Source: Trichoplax sp. H2 (taxonomy: Eukaryota). From it: a stretch of 50,696 bases of DNA. Positions 30,121 to 41,670 of this stretch are shown one piece after another; within the stretch, counting starts at the first letter, position 1, and every line of letters starts with the position of its first letter. A program made the position numbers and the translations under genes. Location of the stretch: positions 186,001 to 236,696 of the forward strand of contig NOWV01000118.1 in the NCBI GenBank assembly GCA_003344405.1. The letters run 5' to 3'. A model generated the notes under the pieces. That model was not told where the DNA came from, made no database searches, and saw nothing but the letters and a program-made list of their open reading frames with translations.

Positions 30121-32713
30121 TTCTCATAAAGTCCGCTATAATATCGCCACTTCGCCAGACTAATTTGTAAGCAAGCATAAATTAAGCTTCGTTATGTAAA
30201 TAGATCGTGGCAGAAAATAATCGTGATATATTGATATGGTCTGGTGTACACAATAGCAGACCGAGAATGGGGTCAGAAGTATGTCCCAATGTGAAAACCG
30301 ATGAGTAAAACATTGTCATCCGATCATGACCATATTATGTTTGTAATACTTCAAAATGATAGACATGCAAAATTCACTTATATTAACAAATACATGGGAA
30401 GTATAAATTTTAAATAATTACCCAGTACCTAGCCTGCAGTTATAAATTGCCACAACGAATAGAATCATGCACGAGGTGAAAAGCTTGTAAGGGGTCAGAA
30501 ATGTTTCAGTCTATCAATGGTGGTCATTATTAGCCTATGCTAATGGAAAACAAAGCGTAAGAAAAATCAATACTAAACAGACCTAACAATTTGTAATAAC
30601 ATTGTGGTAAAAGAATTAACCTCACTAGATAAGTAACAGATTCAATGTATAGGAAAACAATATCCGCCGCGATGCTTATACAAAAGAGAGCAGGCAGCCG
30701 CTAGCTATTATGTTGTATAAACGATAATATAATAATATGGATAATAAAGAGAAAGTACAATCTACTCAATGTAAAAAAAGCCCGTCTAAAATCGTAACCG
30801 ATATTCTCAACGCATGAAATTTATCCTAAAAGGCCGTATAAAATTATGATTATCTTGGAATAGAAAGGAGATATGTCGAAAAACAGTACACTAAGTATAC
30901 TTATTCCTATAGTATAATCGTATGCAACTGAGTACATAGAACTAATAACATTCGATAATTGCACCAAATTTTATAATTGCTGTAGACTGCCATGATGTTT
31001 CACGGTATTTGTATATTAGCTGAAAGCACTCGTAACTGAGTCGCTTTATAATTATACTGTTTTATTTGTATGAGACAAAGAAATACGGGCGTCTATAGCT
31101 ATCGCTACTGAAGAGCTTAATAACTAGAGTATACCGATAATTACTATTAGTGTACAGTTTGAGGTGCCTGAATTCCAATAGAAACTCACAACCACACTAA
31201 AGAATTCTTAATGTTAGTTCAAAAAATTTCTTACTTTGATAAAATCTCATATTGGAAACATCAGTCATTTATCTAAAACTGATCGGCCATAAGCAATTGT
31301 AGCCTACCTATTAACTTCTAATACCGCCAATAATTATATTATTCAGAACAGGAAGTATAACAGACAAAAGTGCCTACCACACGCTGTTTATAGAATAATG
31401 TATAACTACTACATTCGCTTCTCAGTTATTTAAACTAAATTATTAACATATGCGCCTCATTTCTGTATATCACTGCAATCATTAAGAAGAGAGGGAGCTT
31501 AAAACTATCGAACGTTGGGCGATGTCTAATAGATTTTATCCACCATCGTCTTCAAACTAAAATAATCCTAAACGTAAAGTAATTAAAATATTACAGTTTT
31601 ATTCGTATAACTACTTTAGAAGAATTCAAATCAAATGATACACGTATTAATCGACTGCAATTTTTCTTTTTCTAGATGAAAATTACTACTTTAGAACAAG
31701 TGCTCTAAGAAATTGTAGCAAAGAATTATTTAAAGAGCAGGTTAGATCAATTTCTTAGTTTAATAAAATTCTCTAAATAGATTTATTTCAAGTCAGCAAA
31801 CGTATAAGCATGAATGTTCAACTAAACGCGTCGCTGTAATATTTGAGCTGCGCAATAATTTAAATCAAAAGTACATATCCAAATATTTCATTATGACACT
31901 ATAACCCTTTAGATTCGTTAGGCATAACAATTCACAAACGAAATTTAACTATTCTTTGGCCGATACAAAGCTATAAAAGACGAATTTACATAGCCCTAAC
32001 ATATCTAATAAGATAGATTATCCGGGAGTTAATACTGAGATTCAGTACAAAATTTGAAACCTTCTAAATTAGTTTAAACTTTTGCGAGTCAAAGTTAAAC
32101 ATTACCATATCCCATCCGTTGCAGTTTCACTTAATAATTAATATGTAAACCTATGAAGAGAATCCTACCTATCTCACTTAATAGATACAAGTATATATAT
32201 TCGTATATCATATCATCAAACTTAAATGAACGAAAGCACAACATACACCTACTAAATTAAGGCGTTAAAAACTCAAGTCTTTTCGGCACTGCTAAGACCA
32301 AGATTTTACTTTCTCGAGTATTACTACGTTGGTGATTTAAAAGACACAACATTAAAGTTGTTCTAAGTTCTTAGTTTAACCCATTAAAGATACTTATTGA
32401 TATCACTATATTTTTTTACACAAAAATAGAGGGGCAAAAGATCATCAGGACTTAATATTCTTTAGATTCTACTTAACAATAATGATGTTTAGTATTTGCT
32501 GTTAAAATGTCCTTCAAATATGAACACAATATGTGGAATTATCATGAATATGTAGAATTGAGTAGAATTATCATGATTATGTAGAATTGAGTAGCTATAA
32601 TACCGTACATCTTTTTTTGGTTTCAAGTTAGATCCAGAGATTAGCATGATTTTTTGATAGGCTAAGATTACTAGAAGTCCAATATAACGCGTACGACAAA
32701 GATATCCTTAAAT

Positions 32714-32945
32714 TGAATAATATTCTGAACAGGTAGTCAAGAATAAAATACCGTACCGACTTTGCGGAAATATAAACTTGAAAGTTAGGGAAACATCCTA
32801 TTTTCTCGATTTAAATTATTAGTCACATTTTATCTGAACAATATTCTGAATAGGTAGTCTAGAATAATACTTTCTTTGCGGAAATATAGACTTGAAAGTT
32901 AATAAATATCCTCTCTTCCATATTTTAAACTATTAGTCATTTTGT
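32714..32945. repeat. Tandem duplication, period about 121 bp
   Basis: AATATTCTGAA.AGGTAGTC.AGAATA...CTTTGCGGAAATATA.ACTTGAAAGTTA...TATTAGTCA at about 32719 and 32840. Confidence 0.8.
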
Positions 32946-34633
32946 CAGTCCTCCTTGATGTGTTAATGATAAAAGTAAAGTATTACAGATTTCTTTTCCA
33001 GCCTAAAAACTAAAAATTTTATTGAGAACGATGGTTTTGGCGCAATCAACGAAGCTGCCAGCTCTAAAATAAGTAATAAATGAGTATTAAGTAATAGTTC
33101 AAGGTGATGAGTACATTTCAGGCCTATTTGTCAATTGAATAAGCTCAAGTGAGATTCAATTTTTTGCAGCCTGATGTACCTTTCAAATTACTGCACTGAC
33201 ATAGACCAACTTTATAGTAGTATAAAGTGCCCAGAATACGACCAAGTAATTTAGTTATAATTTATCGAACCACTTAGATGACTAGCGTGTATAAAAAACT
33301 CCAGTCTCATAGCAACAGTAAATCAAATCAGGGAGCAAACTTGTTAATTATATCGCTTATGTAATCTAGCGTTTTACGTATAGTTAATAATTGCTACAAA
33401 GTAATTCAATAGGCTGATCATTCTCAACATCTCTGAATACTTACAAATTACAAAGAAATTATTCAAGCTGTGCAGCCATGCCTTTATACATTCATTGTAT
33501 CTGCAACATCAAAGTAAACAATAACAATCGTCACCTGGATCCATTTTAGCAGAGTTTTTGATTGATTCATCATCCATCTCGAAAGTTTACCGAAAAAGTT
33601 GTATCAGCAGGGGGATATCTTATTATTGAAATTAGTTTGTCTCATACTGAGGAAGGCTGTTTGAAAGATAATAAACTTACGTCAAGGATGGTTTAGTAAA
33701 CAAATTGTTTTGGTACCGAATAAGTTGCAAACTGGGTAATCACTTTTTAACACATAATTATTCGAAAATGGCGATATTCCATCAAATAAATAGTAAAAAG
33801 GTTCATATCCAAAGTTTATGTAGGACGTATCTGTAGCGGGATCTACATACTAAAAATTAAATAGCTATCTTTTTGGCATCTTTACGTTATATACAATAAA
33901 AAGAGTTAACATCATTTGGGATATTAATAAAAATACTAACCCCATTCCTAAAATTCTCTCTAACTCAAGTTGAAATCAGAATATTGAATCATGCAAATCT
34001 AGATATACAATATAAAATCTATTGACATTGAATGTACTGGCTCCATGATATTTCTCTATCATCCATGACGCCTAGAAATAGTTTTTCAGGATGTTATTTG
34101 CGAATCTAGAGTATAACGATGTGCCGGTATCGATGATAGCTTTGCAATTCAAAACTATGACATGTTTTGTGACTCCTCCCAATAAGTAATAGCAAAAATA
34201 ACATTAGGATAAATATAGACATCCACAAATACATCATTTATCGTGACAAAAACACCGTATTAATTGTAGCTCCAGAGTAATAATGATTGCAATCACCATA
34301 TGATAGTTAGCTACAGTAGTTAAAATAGTACTACACAATGAGTAAATGTAGTTTCCTGCTTACTGTATTAATGAAAACGTTAATTGCCGGTAGTAAGGTA
34401 GCTTGCTCCGACCACAAGTGATCTATTTCACTACTGTAAGTTGTAAATTTGTAAATTATAACAATCATAACTAGTAAATGTTACCTTTCACTAGAGTTAA
34501 TGAGTATAGATAGGATATTTGGCTCTAGCATTAGATCAATAGAGATCTTCCCAAAACATGGTCTATAACGTAATTAAAGTAACCAAAACAGCGAAATCTA
34601 TCAACATTTTTCAATAACGATCCATTTTCCTCT

Positions 34634-34647
34634 GTTACCTGGGCAAC
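34634..34647. promoter_or_regulatory. RFX X-box (GTTACC-TG-GGCAAC)
   Basis: Matches the X-box consensus GTNRCC(N0-3)RGYAAC, 250 bp upstream of the ATG at 34898. Confidence 0.6.
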
Positions 34648-34897
34648 TTGAATAAGTTTTTAATTTGTGTGCATAAAATATCCGGTAATTGAAATTTAAA
34701 GATTTTATATAGGTGCGGTAACTTATACGAAAATGGATCCTCCTTAATTATTTATTATTTTCTATAATTTGCTAATTGATTCAATTACAAACAGGATACA
34801 ATTGACCAAAAAATTTATCTCTGCGTAGGTTATTTCGTTGGTCGTCTTTGACTGATTAAAGATTATTATACGCGTAATTATTATAATTACGTAAAAT

Positions 34898-35860
34898 ATG
34901 GCCGATTTAACAGCAGCAGTATCTAGCTTGCCAGTGATCCATCATAAGCAACCTATGAAGGCTTCATCACCAACGCGATATGCAGCAAGTGGCAGAGAGC
35001 CAATCACTCTACGCAATTTAAGAAATAAACATTTACGCTACATGAACAGTGTCAAGAAGGAACAAAATCAGTTAGAGAAGGAAATCAGTAGAATTAAAAC
35101 GGTGTTAGATCCTCGAGATTATCGCCGAGCTTCTAAAGCAAGGCGAAGGCGTAACAACAGGAATCATTCCATTGCAAAAGCAAAATTAGGCCTTGATATG
35201 CTAAACGACAGCCGTTCAACTTCTGAATCTTCAAATTCATTACGCAAAAAGAGCTTACCTGTCATCAATGAACATCAAAGAAATGGACATTTGGCAAAGC
35301 AAACATCGGAAGAGCCCTGCCAACGTGTTAAGTATAACGAAATGGACAGAAATGATGAAGGTGAATGGTTTAATGCTACTCCCAAAAATACGTTTGATAT
35401 GATGTTACTGCAAAAGAAAAGAGATCAACGGCGTACAATTTATAAAATTTTATTAGAAGAATGCGACCTGCAAGAACAGGTGGATGATGTTCCGCGTCAC
35501 TTGCAACAGCAGGATCATGATCAAAATAAGAAATATAATACTAAAGGGCGTCGCAAAAAGGACAACTTAAAAGTTGAAATTGGTGAAGTCAGAGAATTAA
35601 TTGAGAAAAGACTAGCTATCCATGATCATTACCAAGAGAATCCCCTTGATGATTTAGCACTATTTTCAAAACCACACAACAAAGGCACTGTCAATAGTCC
35701 AATTGCAACGGATAGGAAAAACTTATCAAATCAATTTAATGGTAAAGACCTTCAAAAATCTTTACTAGATCAACTTAAAACTGAGAAATTAATTTCTTCG
35801 CAATTAAGTTCATGGCTTAGAGTTGTCAAAGGACCGAGAGCATCGAAAAAGATTTTTTAA
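34898..35860 (+). CDS. Uncharacterised 320-aa basic/charged protein with an N-terminal coiled coil; single coding exon; possibly ciliary
   Basis: Only long uninterrupted ORF in the window (963 nt, ATG in aaaatATGg context) in an AT-rich background where chance ORFs are <120 aa. Protein-like hydrophilic composition, with heptad-like LRNLRNKHLRYMNSVKKEQNQLEKEISRIK. Possible 5'UTR intron at about 34718-34794 (gtaact...aaacag). No family recognised with confidence. Confidence 0.8.
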   Translation: MADLTAAVSSLPVIHHKQPMKASSPTRYAASGREPITLRNLRNKHLRYMNSVKKEQNQLEKEISRIKTVLDPRDYRRASKARRRRNNRNHSIAKAKLGLDMLNDSRSTSESSNSLRKKSLPVINEHQRNGHLAKQTSEEPCQRVKYNEMDRNDEGEWFNATPKNTFDMMLLQKKRDQRRTIYKILLEECDLQEQVDDVPRHLQQQDHDQNKKYNTKGRRKKDNLKVEIGEVRELIEKRLAIHDHYQENPLDDLALFSKPHNKGTVNSPIATDRKNLSNQFNGKDLQKSLLDQLKTEKLISSQLSSWLRVVKGPRASKKIF

Positions 35861-36953
35861 TCAAAAAACAAATACCGGTATTGAAAATGGTCCTGACCCA
35901 TGAACAATATAAAACGAGTGGGCTTCTGCAAGCAAGAATAATCATAAGATCATATGGCAGCTATGGCAGAAGTTTATTCACTTTCACTATAACTTATGAC
36001 TGCACCATTTTTTTGCAGGACTATCGTGAACCAATTTTGGGAATAGAACATATAATCTACTCAGTATTGTACATTAGAAGAACGTATTTAATGTATAGTA
36101 AATAACTAGCTATTTTTACGTCTATTTCGCAATTTAATTTTCATTCTATCATTCATCGTCAAAATTTGCAAACCTATCTGAAATATTTAATGTATATCCA
36201 TTATTAATTTAATTTATCCTGCTTTTATTTTATGCTAATTTACATGCTATCATATATATTGGTCTTATAAGTCTCTGATTAGATTGGAGATTGGTGAATA
36301 CGGATGTATTATTTTGGGATCTTTAAGATACTTCATGCTACTGTACAATCCAGGCTAGAAAAAAATCTAAGGTCGAGTTCAAACTATAATGAGTCTATTT
36401 TAAATATTTGAAATAAGTGATTTGTAGCTGATAATGTATTTAATGCTAGCTTGAAAGATACACACAAATTATTGTAGCTCCGATTTAATTTTTATCTCCA
36501 TCTTGAAGTAATAAAGAATAATCCCATTTAAATTATCTCGCCTGAAAAGAGCGATCGAGATGGACTTGCATTATATTGTGAATATTAAACTTTAGTATAG
36601 ATTAGAAATACTCCAAAGTAATAATTTAGAGATTAAAGAAAGAAAATGTGCCTGTGCGGACAATGTCGAAGGTGCGTTATAAATCTGCGACTTACTTACG
36701 TAGTAATCAGTTCACTTACGTTAGAATTGGCATAGAGAATAGAGTTTGCTATGTATAAATTACTCATAGTAGTCAAAAGTTAGTGCATGGCGTGCAGCAA
36801 CATTGGGAATACACTTTCTAAGACTATTAAGCATCGCATCTATACGTTACTGATTCTAATTACTTTTATGGCCGTTCGTGTAGAGTTGTTTGTATAAAAA
36901 GGGGTGCAGATAATCGCAAGTCTTAAACTATAGCTAACAGTTGTACTATCTCA

Positions 36954-37185
36954 TAAAATAAACTTGATAATATAAATAAAACTAGAAGACTAACATTCTA
37001 TGCATCAAAATATGTTTGGAGATGACAAGGAGACAGAGAATAACAGTTATTGTCCGTAAAATAGGCTAATAAAATAAACTTGATAATATGAATAAAACTA
37101 GAAGACTAACATTCTATGCAACAAAATATGTTTGGAGACGACAAGGAGACAGAGAAAACAGTTCTTGTCCGTAAAATAGGCTAAT
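36954..37185. repeat. Near-perfect tandem duplication, about 116 bp x2
   Basis: AAAATAAACTTGATAATAT.AATAAAACTAGAAGACTAACATTCTATGCA.CAAAATATGTTTGGAGA.GACAAGGAGACAGAGA...TTGTCCGTAAAATAGGCTAAT occurs twice with only about 5 differences. Confidence 0.92.
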
Positions 37186-38322
37186 TTAATCTATTTCTGT
37201 AATCCATACACTCTCTTATGATGCATACCCAAACTTAGGATAAGATTCGTTAAGGAAGTTTTCGACCAATTTTTTTCTATATTGTCGTTTATCGCCCCTA
37301 ACATGGACTTTTAGAATTTGAAGATTCTAGAAGTCCGTGGCGCTGGTTATCATGCGTTTCGTTTGATATTGACAGTACAAAAAAATAAAGTGCTTTTGGC
37401 GAGAATCGCAAACGTATCTCGTCAAGCTGTCACTTACTGTTAATCAATTTATGTACATTGTACAAGAAAAACAAGAAGAAATACTATATCACTATTTGTT
37501 AGAATATTATCCTGATGTATAATAACTACTGTAGTTTGTCATCAGAAAAGAGAATTATTGTACAAACAAACTCAATTATAATATAAAATAAAATAATTGA
37601 CTACTGTAAGTAATGCAGGTCTAAGAATTTAATAAACTTCAATTTTATTTTCAGCTAGTCGTAATTCCATAAACTATGAATATGGTTGTAGGTAACAACG
37701 AAAATTTATTCGCTTTCTTTATTCCCTTCATCGGTGGTCCAAGATTGCATTGCTCATTTGTTTCCAGCATGATACATTGCAAAATAGCATAGTTTTTGTA
37801 GGAAGAGTTTGATATACAGTCTAATTAATTATTATCACTCAATCAAAAAATTTGTAGAATATCGAAATAATACATTTTACAACAAGAAAATAAAACTAGA
37901 ACCAATGCAGGGCTATAAATAATCATATCCAAGTTAAGAATGTCTAAAAAAAGACGGTACACTAGTACACATACACTGTTAGTGATCTGCATTTCAGAAA
38001 GGGAACATTCTATCCAATAAAACTGTGACGATAATTTACATTACGGTAAAGTACTATAATTTATTATTCAATTTTATTTTAGATTTCTAACATTTATATG
38101 CTTGATAGCAATAACGTTCTACTAACATTACAAAAGCGTTACAAGATATCAATAACTTTGTAACGTGAAACATTTTAAAAATATGACTATGCTGCATGAG
38201 ATAAATCATGAGCGATGTGCCTTATATTTTAGTGTCAAGCGATCATTAGTAGATCAACTTTAAAAGAAATACTATAATACAGAATTGAAGATACCAAGGA
38301 TTCAACCTTGGATCCTACGCGA

Positions 38323-39876
<1,554 letters not shown>

Positions 39877-40480
39877 TGAGTACTATTGCAAGTACAGCAG
39901 TAGCAGCTCGTGTTGAAATGGTCGCTACCAATAGATGAGTTTGCTGCAAGAGTAGTGACTTTGTCAAGTGGCCACTGACAGGGACTGATCGAGGAGGAAG
40001 AGGGGGCCAACTTGCAGTCCACCTACAGTCAAGTTGGAAAATCACCTTGACAAGTACAGTAAAGAATGAAACGACTATCGGATCGTCCAATGGAGCCAAT
40101 GGCGTTGTTCTACGAATTGGCTATGGATGATCGATCCCCTTGTCAATGTTTTCACTTTCTTCCACTCAATGATTGAGTGGAAACCCAATGAATAGGCAAG
40201 CTTTTGCAGGCAATTTTCCTTCTCCTTTCAGCATCCCGCGCGTCTTCTCTGCAGCACAATCATTGGTAATCGAGAGGTAAAACCAGTCCAATTCTTGGGC
40301 AGCGTCCTTCTGGCTTCTGTACCGTAGCATGGCGACTGGCTACAGTACTTACGGAACTGTACAGTACAGTACAGTACTGTACTTTCTTGCGGGCGGCACT
40401 TGTACAGTACAGTACTGTACGTTGTTAACCATTGCTTGCGCCGCAATCATTGGCAATCGATAGGTAAAACCAATCCAATT
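39877..40480 (-). promoter_or_regulatory. CENP-A 5'UTR/promoter with clustered CCAAT (NF-Y-type) boxes
   Basis: CCAAT/ATTGG at 40087, 40096, 40116, 40185, 40262, 40449 and 40470; E2F-like ATCCCGCG near 40233; locally raised GC content. Confidence 0.45.
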
Positions 40481-40945
40481 CTTGGGCAGCGTCCTTCTGG
40501 CTTCTGTACCGTAGCATGGCGACTGGCTACAGTACTGTACTTAAGGAACTGTACAGTACATGTACTGTACTTTCTTGGGGGGCGGTACTGTACTATACAG
40601 TAGTACTGTACAGTACAATGTACTGTAATGGAGACTGTACTCATCTACTGTACACTGTACTGTACAGTACAGTACAGCATACAGTACTAGAGGCTCTCAT
40701 ACAGTACAGGGCTTCTGTACCGTATCATGGCGAGTGTCTACAGTACATTACGGAACTGTACAATACTTTCTTCTGGTCGGTACTACAGTATAATGTACTG
40801 TACTGTAGCGTAAACTGTACAGTACTCATCTACAGTACAGTACACTAGAGACTCTCATACTGTACTGTAGAGGGTCTCTAATGAACACGATAGCTACAGT
40901 ACATACAGTACTGTACAGTATGTTGTTAACCGTTACTTGCACCAA
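40257..40945. repeat. Degenerate tandem repeat (about 187-210-bp units, about 3 copies) in the CENP-A/MVB12 divergent promoter
   Basis: The block CAATCATTGG...GTAAAACCA...TTCTTGGGCAGCGTCCTTCTGGCTTCTGTACCGTAGCATGGCGACTGGCTACAGTACT occurs at 40257 and 40444 (period 187). A third partial copy GGCTTCTGTACCGTATCATGGCGAG starts at about 40710. GTTGTTAACC occurs at 40421 and 40922. Confidence 0.85.
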
Positions 40946-41490
40946 AAGCCGATTCAAATGATGCTGATATCCAACTATCCAAATGATCAAAAGTGATTCA
41001 TTTTCTCATCAGTCTACAGTAGTGTACGATGTATCGTGTATTACTATCTAGAGTCAATACTAACTACTGTATTGAAAGTTCGTACTACTCTCAATTAGCA
41101 TCAATATAGCGTAGCGTACTATAGAATACTATGGACTACTGTAGGGGATTCTACCGTATGCTAGGTACTGCACTAGAGACGCTATGATCATTTGGTAATG
41201 ACAGATGAGGGGAAAATTTCATCGTTTGGGAGGGACTTCAACCTTATACTGTACTGTACTGTACTGTATATTGATTTCTTGATAGAACCGAAAATGAACC
41301 GAATCGTTGGCAGGTCTAGACAGTAGCAAAGTACAGTGTACAGTACCTTAAATACTGTACCGTACAGTACACAGACACTTGATGCCTACCGGAAGTACTG
41401 TACTGTACAGTACATACTGTACTCTTTCTTATGACTGAACAGCGAACACGTCTACAGTACGTACTGTACTGTACTGTACACTGTACATGA
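40316..41490. repeat. TA(CAG/CTG/CCG)TA-saturated tract (candidate transposon footprint array) 1
   Basis: Dozens of chained, mixed-orientation pentamers, e.g. TAcagTAcagTAcagTActgTA (40360-40381), TActgTActgTActgTActgTA (about 41247-41268) and TActgTAccgTAcagTA (41353-41369). Confidence 0.85.
41388..41396 (+). promoter_or_regulatory. ETS/GABP-type site ACCGGAAGT upstream of MVB12
   Basis: Perfect ETS consensus 283 bp upstream of the MVB12 ATG. This motif is typical of bidirectional housekeeping promoters. Confidence 0.5.
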
Positions 41491-41670
41491 GTCGTTATTG
41501 CTGTTCGACTGTTATTGACTAGATACGATTTGATGCTACACAACGTTACTGCTAATCCTCCTTAGTCTCCGATGCTGGACTAAATCGTTTCTCTTCAACG
41601 ATTCCAACATTCAATCGATGGTCATCATCTTTTGCCATTGATAGCCCTTACTGTAATTTATCCATTAAGG

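Noticed and set aside
38294-38311. 6-bp stem hairpin (CCAAGG-N6-CCTTGG) just after the CENP-A stop codon
   Set aside because: Does not match the histone stem-loop consensus (GGYYCTTTTCAGRGCC, 4-nt loop); the gene is intron-containing and likely polyadenylated.
40257-40945. 187-bp repeat beside CENP-A as a centromeric satellite or CRISPR-like array
   Set aside because: Only about 3 degenerate copies in a promoter; CENP-A gene position does not mark centromeres; no constant repeat/unique spacer structure and the DNA is eukaryotic.
40228-41543. YSTVL/CTVQ-rich ORFs here and at 49690-50346
   Set aside because: Artefacts of the stop-poor TACAG/TACTG pentamer tract read in multiple frames and on both strands.
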